In this document: piece by piece, positions 39,665-49,047 of the stretch | How the letters are laid out: the number at the start of each line of letters is the position of its first letter | Numbering within the stretch: position 1 is the first letter of the stretch | Origin: Lachnospiraceae bacterium | GTDB taxonomy: Bacteria > Bacillota > Clostridia > Lachnospirales > Lachnospiraceae | NCBI GenBank assembly: GCA_014804445.1 | Contig: JAAUZU010000032.1 | Location: forward strand, 9,540 to 73,539 | DNA length: 64,000 bases | Direction: 5' to 3' | Made by a program: the position numbers and the translations under genes | Notes under the pieces: model-generated | The model's database searches: none | Seen by the model: the letters and a program-made list of their open reading frames with translations, nothing else | What the model was told of the DNA's origin: nothing

Positions 39665-40480
39665 ATGAGTTACGCAATATCCGTTCACGGACTGGAAAAA
39701 AGCTACGGCAGCCACGCCGTACTGAAAGGCATCGATTTTAACGTAATACAAGGTGAAATGTTTGCGCTGCTTGGCGTCAACGGCGCGGGAAAGACCACTA
39801 CGCTTTCCTGTATTGAAGGCTTGAAAAAATACGGAAAAGGCGACATTACAATAGACGGCAAAATGGGTATACAGTTACAGTCGGCTTCTCTTCCCGCTCA
39901 TATAAAGCCTATGGAGGCAGTCCGATTGTTTGCCAAATGGAAAAAAACCTCCATCGATGAATCTACGCTTACCGCCCTTGGCATCCCCGAATTAAAAAAT
40001 AAATGCTATTCGGAACTGTCAACAGGACAAAAAAGGCGTCTACACCTTGCCCTCGCTTTAACGGGCAATCCGGATATTCTGTTTTTGGATGAACCGACCG
40101 CCGGCCTTGATGTGGAAGGCAGAGCGGCGCTTCACGACCTTATCCGCCGGTTGAAAGCGGACGGCAAAACCATCATTCTCGCCAGTCACGATATGGCGGA
40201 AGTGGAAGCCCTTTGTGACAGAATTGTCATTTTGAATGAAGGAAAAATTATATTTGAAGGAACTGCCGCAGAGTTGACAGAGCAGATGGGTGAACATTAT
40301 ATCGTTCACATTAAGACAGAACAGGGCAGCGAGAGTTTTGAAACCGACAACATCGAAGATTCGCTTCTGTCACTGCTTGGCAGCTTAAAACAAAAAGGAA
40401 GCAGAATACGGGATATCAAAGTGGACCGCGGCTCATTGGAGCAGCATTTTATGAAAATGACAAGGAGGACAAATGCATGA
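39665..40480 (+). CDS. ABC exporter ATP-binding subunit
   Basis: GVNGAGKT, LSTGQ, FLDEPT. Confidence 0.92.
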   Translation: MSYAISVHGLEKSYGSHAVLKGIDFNVIQGEMFALLGVNGAGKTTTLSCIEGLKKYGKGDITIDGKMGIQLQSASLPAHIKPMEAVRLFAKWKKTSIDESTLTALGIPELKNKCYSELSTGQKRRLHLALALTGNPDILFLDEPTAGLDVEGRAALHDLIRRLKADGKTIILASHDMAEVEALCDRIVILNEGKIIFEGTAAELTEQMGEHYIVHIKTEQGSESFETDNIEDSLLSLLGSLKQKGSRIRDIKVDRGSLEQHFMKMTRRTNA

Positions 40481-41193
40481 GCGCTTTTCTTTACGGAGTG
40501 GCATTACAATGGAAACTGGATATCAGGAGCAAATCACTCCTCGTCTCCTGCTACCTTGTCCCGCTTATTTTCTTTGCCCTTATGGGCGGTATCTTTACTT
40601 CCGTAAATCCAGAAATGAAAGATACGCTCATACAGTCCATGACTATAATGGGCGTATCCATGGGCGCCTTTATCGGCTTTCCTGTTTCCCTTGTGGAAAC
40701 CTACGGCAGCGATATTAAAAATGTCTATAAGGTCAATGATGCACCCCTGTTTTTCGGACTGGTTTCCATGTTTCTCTCCACCTTTATTCATCTGCTGCTT
40801 ATGTCTGTCATCATATTTCTGGCAGCTCCCGTCGCTTTTGGTGCAAGTCTTCCCCAAAACCTGCCGCTTTACTTTGCGGCGCTGGCAGTTTTTACCGCTG
40901 CCTCTCTTGGCATCGGAAGTCTCCTTGGGCTGGCTGTCAAAAGTCAGGCAAAGCTTCCCATGTTTGCCCAGCTCATCTTCCTGCCGTCCATTATGCTGTC
41001 CGGCATCATGTTTCCGCTCGAATTACTGCCCAACGCCCTCGCCGCTATCGGGAAAATTTTCCCTGCAGTATGGGGCTACCGGCTTATGCTTAATGAGGGC
41101 TTCCGACTTCAAAATCTGTGGTATCTGCTGCTTTTGTTTGTGGTATCCGCGGTCGGATGCGCGCTTCTGCTTCGAAGATTGGCTAATGAATAA
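40477..41193 (+). CDS. ABC-2 type permease
   Basis: Six TM segments, LSGIMFP. Confidence 0.88.
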   Translation: MSAFLYGVALQWKLDIRSKSLLVSCYLVPLIFFALMGGIFTSVNPEMKDTLIQSMTIMGVSMGAFIGFPVSLVETYGSDIKNVYKVNDAPLFFGLVSMFLSTFIHLLLMSVIIFLAAPVAFGASLPQNLPLYFAALAVFTAASLGIGSLLGLAVKSQAKLPMFAQLIFLPSIMLSGIMFPLELLPNALAAIGKIFPAVWGYRLMLNEGFRLQNLWYLLLLFVVSAVGCALLLRRLANE

Positions 41194-41230
41194 CAGGCTG
41201 CGCGTTTGTTTCAAGGGCGGCTGCAAATTT

Positions 41231-41265
41231 AAAGGGAAACTGCTATCGCCTAACAGTTTCCCTTT
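41231..41265. terminator. Bidirectional terminator-like hairpin
   Basis: AAAGGGAAACTG...CAGTTTCCCTTT between convergent genes. Confidence 0.75.
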
Positions 41266-41301
41266 CGTTTTATTTCTTCTGTGCAACCTAAAAACAGCCA
41301 T

Positions 41302-41814
41302 TTAATACCCATTCGTAAGTATCTTCCATTGACCGTTTTCCTTGATTAAACAGTAACCGTATCCCACATGTTTTTCCCCTGCTTCCATTGCGGAGCTCTG
41401 TGCGGATCCGGCAACAGAAAAACTGCAGGAAAAATAAATTACCTTTGCTTCCGGTTTATATTCAGCTACCGCACTTCCCCATCCACGCAAAGATTTTATA
41501 TGCCGGTAACTTAAGTCACTGTCATACTCCGCATGGAAATCTTCAAACATGAGACCGTTCTCATATTCATATGCTTTCCGCTCTCTTTCTAATTCATCCG
41601 CATAGAATTCTGACAGACAACTTAAACATCCTGAAATATCCCCCTGATTTTTCAATGCAATATATGCCAACAGCGCTTTTTCCGCCTGCGCCACATCTTG
41701 CTTTGTCAGTCCGTTTTTGTCTTTATCTATCGCATAAAAATAATATAATATGCCGCCTGCTGCCAATAATACGATTATGCCGATAAGGGCAATCTTTTTC
41801 CACTTGCTTTTCAT
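41302..41814 (-). CDS. Membrane-anchored NTF2-like/DUF4829-like protein, paralog 2
   Basis: N-terminal TM, LIKENGQWKIL..GY C-terminus; near-identical N-half to 41898-42407. Confidence 0.75.
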   Translation of the reverse strand: MKSKWKKIALIGIIVLLAAGGILYYFYAIDKDKNGLTKQDVAQAEKALLAYIALKNQGDISGCLSCLSEFYADELERERKAYEYENGLMFEDFHAEYDSDLSYRHIKSLRGWGSAVAEYKPEAKVIYFSCSFSVAGSAQSSAMEAGEKHVGYGYCLIKENGQWKILTNGY

Positions 41815-41897
41815 TTTCCGCCTTTCTTCTTCCTCACATAGTTACTTATCAAACGTGCCTCCTCATGGGAAACAAGCAACTCGGGTGTGCGTTTGTT

Positions 41898-42407
41898 TCA
41901 ATACCCATTCTCAAGTATCTTCCATTTACCGTTTTCCTTGATTAACCAGTAACCATATTCCACATAGTGTGCCCCTACCTCCATTGCAGAACTCTGTGAG
42001 GATCCGGCAACAGAAAAGCTGCAGGAAAAATAAATTACCTTTGCTTCCGGTTTGTATTCGACAAACCTTCCTCCTCCACGCAAATATCCTATATGCCGAT
42101 GGCTTAAATCAATGTCATATTCCGCATGGAAATCTTCCAGTATGCGACCATTCGTATATTCATATGATTTCCGCCATCTTTCCAATTCATCCGCATAGAA
42201 TTCTGACAGACAGCTTAAGCATCCTGAAATATCCCCTTGGTTTCCCAAAGCAATATATGCCAACAGCGCTTTTTTCGCCTGCGCCACATCCTGCTTTGTT
42301 AGTCCGTTTTTGTCTTTATCTATTGCATAAAAATAATATAATATGCCGCCTGCTGCCAATAGTACGATTATGCCGATAAGTGCAATCTTTTTCCACTTGT
42401 TTTTCAT
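41898..42407 (-). CDS. Membrane-anchored NTF2-like/DUF4829-like protein, paralog 1
   Basis: Same architecture; directly downstream of amidase. Confidence 0.75.
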   Translation of the reverse strand: MKNKWKKIALIGIIVLLAAGGILYYFYAIDKDKNGLTKQDVAQAKKALLAYIALGNQGDISGCLSCLSEFYADELERWRKSYEYTNGRILEDFHAEYDIDLSHRHIGYLRGGGRFVEYKPEAKVIYFSCSFSVAGSSQSSAMEVGAHYVEYGYWLIKENGKWKILENGY

Positions 42408-42434
42408 TTTCCGCCTTTCTGCATCCTCACACTG

Positions 42435-43682
42435 TTATTTATCAAACGTGCCTGCATGGAATCGCATTTGCCGCATATAGCGACCATCTGTCCCTATCAC
42501 TTCAGTTAATTTTCTACTGCTGCGATTACCAGTATGTTGTGCGACATAGATAAGGTCATACGAAGGATTTGAACCTCCGGGCACTGATACAACATACACC
42601 GAATGATAATAGGAACTACCATCAACACTAACCTGTAAAATATCCCCTGCTGAAATGTCAATGGGTAGCACACCTGTATACCAGCCACCATTGTTGTACC
42701 CAGTCGCTCTGGGCCCATTTCCCGTATTACCTGTCACATAACTCCAAAAATTGTTTACCATTTCCCAATTGGGCATCCCGCCGCCACTTCCACCTTGCCA
42801 AACGCCGGGAACCATCCTAACCTTATTTCTTATATTGTTTATCATGTCCGTATTACTCATTGTGCTATTCCAGCCGCCATAAGCTGCCCAGACACATTGA
42901 GACACAAAATTCGTACAATCACCCGTTTCCTCATTATAAAAGTTTCCATTTGGAGTGTCTCCATAAGTTCGCGCATATTGCACCCCTCTCCCGGCATCAT
43001 ACGCATATGACGCTGCACGCGAAATACTTTCCTCTACCGCAGACACACTTCCGATTTGTTCCTGTGTGACTTCATCCATTTCCTGTCTCAACATTTCAAG
43101 TTCCGTAATGAGAATGCCCAATTTATTGGATAAATTTTCTTCCGTACTCTCTGCTGACATCATTTCAGGTATCGCTGCCATTTTTTCACAAAAACTTCCA
43201 TAAAAGTCTTCCACAGTAAATACTATTTTTGTAATTTTATATTCTCCGAAAACATCCCTTACCTGCATATCAAGCTGCACATTGTATGCATATCCGGTTC
43301 CACCGTCGGTATATTCAAAATCTTCGTTTAAGTATATGTGTAAATTAACAACATCCGCACTACCTGACACCACTTCCGTTTTTACTATACTACAGTCGTG
43401 AGAGCGGTACCCACTGTTCATGTTCTGCATAATGGCAAACCGCCATTCCATAAATGCTTCAAAAAAAGCATTATCATCATTTTGCTCCATTATCTGTTGC
43501 AATTCACTTGTGCTTTGCTGCACCAAAGAATCCGAATAAGCTTTTGCAAAATCTTGTACAATGACATCAACATCTCTGTCACATACCATATTTTCATTTG
43601 CACTCGCACTCACTGTGCACAAAGCAAACAGTAAAATAAAAGCGGTCATAATTGATGTTAATTTTTTACAATTTCTTTTCAT
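42435..43682 (-). CDS. Secreted amidase_6 (CHAP/NlpC-like Cys-His) domain protein
   Basis: GAAAGGAGA RBS, signal peptide (ASA), GDCTNFVSQC, GDILQ, YYHSVYV, AQHT. Confidence 0.85.
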   Translation of the reverse strand: MKRNCKKLTSIMTAFILLFALCTVSASANENMVCDRDVDVIVQDFAKAYSDSLVQQSTSELQQIMEQNDDNAFFEAFMEWRFAIMQNMNSGYRSHDCSIVKTEVVSGSADVVNLHIYLNEDFEYTDGGTGYAYNVQLDMQVRDVFGEYKITKIVFTVEDFYGSFCEKMAAIPEMMSAESTEENLSNKLGILITELEMLRQEMDEVTQEQIGSVSAVEESISRAASYAYDAGRGVQYARTYGDTPNGNFYNEETGDCTNFVSQCVWAAYGGWNSTMSNTDMINNIRNKVRMVPGVWQGGSGGGMPNWEMVNNFWSYVTGNTGNGPRATGYNNGGWYTGVLPIDISAGDILQVSVDGSSYYHSVYVVSVPGGSNPSYDLIYVAQHTGNRSSRKLTEVIGTDGRYMRQMRFHAGTFDK

Positions 43683-43813
43683 AAAGTTCTCCTTTCCGAT
43701 TTGTCTAATATTATGACAATAAATTATCATGTCAATGCAATAAATACAAGGGTCAGAGTTGTCAAACACATTTTGACCGCCCCGACCCTTGTACCACTTT
43801 ACTTCTTTATCTC

Positions 43814-45367
43814 TTACTGCAAATATCTTCCACAGATACTTTCCACGGATACCTTCCGTGCCCACTCCTTATAAAACGCCTCTTCATGGGAAACAAGCAG
43901 AACCGTACCGGAAAATTCTGACAACGCGGTCTGCAGCGCTTCCTTTGCCCGAGCGTCAAGGTGGTTCGTCGGTTCGTCCAGTATCAGAAAATTACAGGGA
44001 GTAAGCGTCAGCAGGCACATTTTTACCTTTGCCTGCTCCCCGCCGCTCAAGGTTCCCAACGGCTGGGCGGCATGCTTTTCCGAGATTCCGCATCTTGCAA
44101 GCTTTTTCCTGATTTCCTTCATTACCATGTTTGGATATGCGTCGGCAACTGCCTGTATAGGCGTCTTTGCCTCATCCTCCCATACCAAATCCTGCGCAAA
44201 ATAGCCGATTACAACCTGCTCTGAAAACCGAAAACTGCCCTGTATGGGTGCAAGCTCCCCGACAAGCGTTTTTAGCAGCGTGGATTTTCCGATTCCGTTG
44301 AAGCCCGAAATTACCACCTTCTGCCCGCCTCTTACAGTAAAATCAAGACCTGATAGAACGGGATACTGATACCCCACTGCCAGCCTTTTTATTTGGAGAT
44401 GCTCCACATTTGTAAGCGGCAGTGCCGAAAACTGAAACTGCGGCATTATCTCCTTCTCTTCCAGCGCCTCCATTTTTTCCATTCGCTCCAGACGAGTCCG
44501 CCTTCCTCTTGCCATTTTGGACTTGATTCCCGCAATATTTTTACGGATAAATTCCTCCGTCTTTTTAATTTCTCTCTGCTGGGCTGCATACTGACGCACA
44601 TAGTCCTCCCGCAGAAGCGTTTTCTTTTTTAAAAATTCAGAGTACGTCCCATAATATTTTGCTATGGTTTTGTTGTCGATGTCGCAGATGCGGTTTGCAA
44701 TTTTTTCCAAAAAATCATAGTCATGCGACACCACCATAAAGGCATTCTCCAGTCCTGCCAGATAGTCTGACAGCCACGCGATATGCTCCTTGTCCAGAAA
44801 ATTCGTCGGCTCATCCAACAGCAACACGTCCGGCTTTTCCAAAAGCAGCTTCGCTAAAATCACCTTTGCCCGCTGTCCGCCGCTCATCTGCCCGACGGGA
44901 CGCGCAAGCCCAATCGCAGACAGTCCCAACCCGCTTGCCACCTGTCCGATACGGGTATCAATGTTATAAAAACCTTGTATTTCAAGCCGCTCCTGATACT
45001 TTGCCGCAAGCTCCAGCGCCTTTTCATCGTCCGCTGCTTTCTCATAAAGCAGAAGCATTTCCTGCTCAAGGCGGTATAGCCCCTCATACGCTGATTTTAA
45101 AAACGCCTCCATGGTAATATCCTTTTTTATTTCTGCATATTGGTCCAGATAGCCCACGGCTGCCTTCGGATTTCGTATTACACGCCCGGCATCCGGCATA
45201 ATCTGCCCTGTGCAAATTTTAATCAGAGTGCTCTTTCCCGCACCATTCTGCCCCACAATGCCGATATGCTCGCCCTTATTCAGTGTAAAACCTGCATTTC
45301 TGTAGAGCAGGTTGTCACCGAAAGCATGGGTCAGGCCTTCTATTTCTAATAAACTCATCTCTATCAC
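43814..45367 (-). CDS. ABC-F family ATPase
   Basis: Two NBDs (GQNGAGKS, GFNGIGKS), LDEPTNFLD / LDEPTNHLD, no TM. Confidence 0.93.
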   Translation of the reverse strand: MIEMSLLEIEGLTHAFGDNLLYRNAGFTLNKGEHIGIVGQNGAGKSTLIKICTGQIMPDAGRVIRNPKAAVGYLDQYAEIKKDITMEAFLKSAYEGLYRLEQEMLLLYEKAADDEKALELAAKYQERLEIQGFYNIDTRIGQVASGLGLSAIGLARPVGQMSGGQRAKVILAKLLLEKPDVLLLDEPTNFLDKEHIAWLSDYLAGLENAFMVVSHDYDFLEKIANRICDIDNKTIAKYYGTYSEFLKKKTLLREDYVRQYAAQQREIKKTEEFIRKNIAGIKSKMARGRRTRLERMEKMEALEEKEIMPQFQFSALPLTNVEHLQIKRLAVGYQYPVLSGLDFTVRGGQKVVISGFNGIGKSTLLKTLVGELAPIQGSFRFSEQVVIGYFAQDLVWEDEAKTPIQAVADAYPNMVMKEIRKKLARCGISEKHAAQPLGTLSGGEQAKVKMCLLTLTPCNFLILDEPTNHLDARAKEALQTALSEFSGTVLLVSHEEAFYKEWARKVSVESICGRYLQ

Positions 45368-45389
45368 ATTCCTTTCAACGCTAATTTAC

Positions 45390-45620
45390 AATGGCCAACT
45401 ACGAAATTCGTTATGCAGCAAGTGTCATTGTACGGATTGTATATTCCAACGCAGACACGCTTTCGCTCCGAGCTTGCCGTAGCGGTACGTAAGCTGCCAA
45501 AATACGGCAGCAAGTCATGCAGGCATGACTTTGGTACCGACGGTAAGCAAAGGTCTGCTTATGGAATATACAATCTGTACAATTTGAAAACGGCAGATAT
45601 AAGTTTCACAGTTGACTATT
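45390..45620 (+). repeat. Structured interspersed palindromic element, copy 1
   Basis: Nested inverted repeats; homologous to reverse complement of 51857-52057. Confidence 0.85.
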
Positions 45621-45633
45621 CATTTACAAACAC

Positions 45634-45949
45634 AAAAAAGCAGAAAGCTTTCGTGCATTTTTCTGCACCGCCTTCTGCCTTTATAAAAGCGCCTGCCAAG
45701 CATATAAGCATGCTTTTTGCTAACGCTTTTTACATCACAAAAGGCTACGGACAAAACATTGTCCATAGCCTTTCACGCCTGATTTACCCACGGAAAACAA
45801 GCCATAAGCGCACTGTTGCACTTACCGCTCTGTTTCCCGATGAAATCCAAACACGCTGTTCAAGCGCTATACTCTGTACAATGTTTCATCGGTATGGATT
45901 GTACAGAGCTGCGTTTTCTGCAAAGCTGGCTGGTTAAATAATAACCCAT
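45634..45949 (-). promoter_or_regulatory. Attenuator-like leader of ABC-F gene: 29-aa uORF (45860-45949) and terminator-like hairpins
   Basis: AAAGGAGA RBS, MGYYLTSQLCRKRSSVQSIPMKHCTEYSA*; hairpins 45872-45908, 45739-45773 (T4) and 45634-45678 (T6). Confidence 0.6.
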
Positions 45950-45987
45950 GGTAATTCTCCTTTGTTTATCTATTTCTTTTTTATAAT

Positions 45988-46521
45988 TTACTCTACTCTT
46001 ATGGAAAATCCTTCATAAATTCCAACCGGCACATCTTCTCCAAAGGAATATTCTTCCATTGTCTCCTGCTCAAATCGATACACCAAAATCTGATTCTTTA
46101 TCGGGTCAACAATCCAATACTCTCTGACACCGGCAGTACGATATTTAAAAAGTTTTTTAAAATAGTCCATAGACTTGCTGCCTGATGAAACAATCTCAAT
46201 TATCCAATCCGGAGCGCCATTACAGCCCTTATCCGTAATCTTATTCTTATCACAAATAACCGATATATCAGGCTCTACATAATTTTCATTATTTTCATTC
46301 AAAAATACGGCAAACGGTGCGGGAAACACCTCACACTCGCCCTTATTTTGTTTGATATAATCTTTTATCTGATAATGTAAATCCGAAACAAGCCTCTGAT
46401 GCCTTGTGTTCGGCGGAGCCATATAATAAATTTTCCCGTCAATTAATTCCGCACGTTCCCCATCCGGCAAAGCATAAATATCATCTATTGTGTAAGATTC
46501 TTCTTTTTTTGATGTCTTTAT
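45988..46521 (-). CDS. Uma2-family PD-(D/E)XK protein; start codon uncertain (ATA after RBS)
   Basis: RAELIDG, EPDISV, GAPDWIIEIVS, GVREYWIVDP. Confidence 0.85.
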   Translation of the reverse strand: MKTSKKEESYTIDDIYALPDGERAELIDGKIYYMAPPNTRHQRLVSDLHYQIKDYIKQNKGECEVFPAPFAVFLNENNENYVEPDISVICDKNKITDKGCNGAPDWIIEIVSSGSKSMDYFKKLFKYRTAGVREYWIVDPIKNQILVYRFEQETMEEYSFGEDVPVGIYEGFSIRVE

Positions 46522-46662
46522 AATATTTACCCCCGCTCTTAAGTGTATTATATACAAAATTTCCGGAAAATACAATCCCTCTCTGATTACAGCCCTTTTT
46601 CCTTTCGTGTTGATAATTCTTAAAAGAAGCTTAGTGCGTTCTTCTGCTGCAATTCTCCGAAC

Positions 46663-47529
46663 CTATGATGTCAAACAATTTTCTGCAAGCCAACATTTTA
46701 CATATTCCACATATGCCAAATCATTCCCACTGAAACGTAAAAAATGGACATAGATTTGTGCCATATAGTATTGCACAGTATGAGCATTATAGCTGCCATA
46801 TTTACAGTATCCTTTTAGAAACTGTTGCTGTTCCTCTTGTGTTTTCAAGAACTTTTGCCCCGGACGCAGAATCAATGCCCAGGCAATATCAAAGTCCCTG
46901 TCTCCATAACCGGATAATTCAAAATCCAACACTGCGCTGATATGATGATCTTCCCATAGAATGTTTGCATAATGGAAATCCCCATGGGTAAAAACGAGCG
47001 TTTTATCAGATGGCATGTTCACAAAATATGGTTTTAAAAATGCAATATCCAGTTTTTCCAAAACTTCATCAGTTGGTGAATGGAAGAATTTTCTATCAGA
47101 AACCGGAACGGCATTAGGTTTTAAGGTATGAATATATCCTAAAGTTTCTCCATATTCCTCCATATAAGATAGAGCCGCACCATCTTTATTGTCCCCAAGG
47201 ATCACAGATAAACGCTGCCCGGGCATTTCAGACGTCACCACAAAAGGTGTGCCTTGAAAATCGGCGTCAAGTATTTTCGGAATATATGGCAAATCCAACT
47301 GTTTTAGAAGTAGAACCTCATTTTCAATGCCGGCGCCTTCCTGCCGGGCAACCTTGACATATGCTGTGATTTCTTTTCCCTCATAGGTTCCTTTCACATG
47401 AAAAACATCGTTTCCGGCATGGGGATACCCTAAAATTTCAATCGGGTGGAATGTATGAAAATTCAGCGCAAATAAGTCACACGTATCGCGCCATTTTTTA
47501 GGGTGCTGAAACAAAACTGTATTTGCCAT
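46663..47529 (-). CDS. APH/choline-kinase-like phosphotransferase
   Basis: HGDFHYANIL and VLDFE motifs. Confidence 0.85.
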   Translation of the reverse strand: MANTVLFQHPKKWRDTCDLFALNFHTFHPIEILGYPHAGNDVFHVKGTYEGKEITAYVKVARQEGAGIENEVLLLKQLDLPYIPKILDADFQGTPFVVTSEMPGQRLSVILGDNKDGAALSYMEEYGETLGYIHTLKPNAVPVSDRKFFHSPTDEVLEKLDIAFLKPYFVNMPSDKTLVFTHGDFHYANILWEDHHISAVLDFELSGYGDRDFDIAWALILRPGQKFLKTQEEQQQFLKGYCKYGSYNAHTVQYYMAQIYVHFLRFSGNDLAYVEYVKCWLAENCLTS

Positions 47530-47585
47530 ATAATGATCAATCTCCTTATTTTATTCTCCTCGCAAGCAATACCGATTACTCCCTT

Positions 47586-48005
47586 TTAAATTTCAAAATC
47601 TTCTGAGTGAAAATTGCTGTAATATCTTCCTTTCACGGCGGTAAATTTCAGCACACAGTAATCAGGGTCTGTCACGCCCTCTGCGTAATATATGGTGTCG
47701 CCCTTCTGCCAGATCATCTCTTTACTGGCAGCATCCTCCAGTACCTCCATCGTACCGATTAACATAACACCCCTGAAAAAACGCTTATCATAAAAGTAAA
47801 TGCTGGCATTGGGATTTTCCCGATACTGTGCCACCCGCATGGAAGAAGTATTGGTTGAAAACCAGAATTCCCGTATTCCCTCTCTTTTGCGGGGCGAAAG
47901 CATCGCTTTCATATTGGGAAATCCTTCCTCCGAAATCGATGCGATAAAAGATACCTTTTGCTTGTCAATTAAATTACCTATGGTTTTTTCCGGATTTCTC
48001 ATCAT
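47586..48005 (-). CDS. Pyridoxamine 5'-phosphate oxidase-like (general stress) protein
   Basis: FWFSTNTSS, GVTDPDYCVLKF; start after GAGGAGGG. Confidence 0.85.
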   Translation of the reverse strand: MMRNPEKTIGNLIDKQKVSFIASISEEGFPNMKAMLSPRKREGIREFWFSTNTSSMRVAQYRENPNASIYFYDKRFFRGVMLIGTMEVLEDAASKEMIWQKGDTIYYAEGVTDPDYCVLKFTAVKGRYYSNFHSEDFEI

Positions 48006-48880
48006 AATAAATCCCTCCTCTGTGCTGTTGTCTCTGAAAGAATGCATTTTCGCAAATACTCCAATGCCAGTTTCTGGCCCTCCAATTCCCTTTCCCCGCA
48101 ATATACCGAATCATGGTAGCCCTCTACAGCAATATCACCCTGATATCCTCCCTGCTGCAAAATATGAATGATTTCTTTCCAGTCCGTGTCCCCTCTTCCC
48201 GGAAAGCAGTGCTTACAATAAGACTCCCCGAACCAAATGCCATACTTCTCAATATGTTTTTTATCTAACTGCGCATCTTTTCCATGTACATGAAATATTT
48301 TGGGCAGCCAGTCGTTTAACTGTTGTATGGGATTTATCAACTGCCCTACTTGATGAGCCGGCTCCCACTCCAGTCCCAATCGGTCACTGTCAACCTCTTG
48401 AAACATCATTTCCCATGCCCTTGGACAAAAGCCGATATTGCAAGTCGTTCCATACCAGTGACCATACATATGCGCATTTTCTATTCCGATTCTCACATTA
48501 CTGCTTTCTGCAATCCTGACCAGTTCTGAAAAAACCTTTTTAAATTCCGGCATGGAATCGTCCACACTTTTACCGGAAACCGCTCCTGCAAAAGTCCCGA
48601 TAAAATCTGTTCCAAACAAATGTGCATTTTCCATACAGTATCTCAATTCCGCCCGTGCCTGCTCACTTGCCAACGGATTACAATATAATCCAATCCCTGA
48701 AATAGTAACTCCTGAATCCCCAATTGTACTCTTCATCTTTTTAGACAGCTCATCCAAATCAAGACCGCCCAGTGTTTCATTAAAATATAATTCAACTGTA
48801 TCAAATCCCAACTTTATTGCATTTTCCAAATCCTCAAAGATGTGATTTCCCCTAATACATGTTCCAATCTTCATTTTCAT
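48002..48880 (-). CDS. Sugar phosphate isomerase/epimerase (AP-endonuclease-2 TIM barrel)
   Basis: IGIEN, EWEPAH, HVHGKD, PGRGDTDW. Confidence 0.85.
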   Translation of the reverse strand: MKMKIGTCIRGNHIFEDLENAIKLGFDTVELYFNETLGGLDLDELSKKMKSTIGDSGVTISGIGLYCNPLASEQARAELRYCMENAHLFGTDFIGTFAGAVSGKSVDDSMPEFKKVFSELVRIAESSNVRIGIENAHMYGHWYGTTCNIGFCPRAWEMMFQEVDSDRLGLEWEPAHQVGQLINPIQQLNDWLPKIFHVHGKDAQLDKKHIEKYGIWFGESYCKHCFPGRGDTDWKEIIHILQQGGYQGDIAVEGYHDSVYCGERELEGQKLALEYLRKCILSETTAQRRDLL

Positions 48881-49047
48881 TCCTCTCTTCTGCTAATATT
48901 CTCAAACCATTTTTATCATCTTTCTCTACAATATATAATACTTAATATTCGGTTAAAAATCTATACATTCTGTCGATTTTTACCCGTCAAAGTGATATAA
49001 TAAATCCAATTTATCACTATAATACGAAATATAAGAGGCCAAAATTG

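Noticed and set aside
45413-45937. 174-aa + strand ORF and the 60-aa ORF at 51839-52021 sharing GKQRSAYGIY
   Set aside because: The similarity comes from the DNA repeat; upstream halves are in different frames and neither has a convincing RBS, so the conserved unit is the structure, not a protein
46663-47529. Calling the APH-like gene an aminoglycoside resistance gene
   Set aside because: Only generic kinase motifs are visible; substrate cannot be inferred
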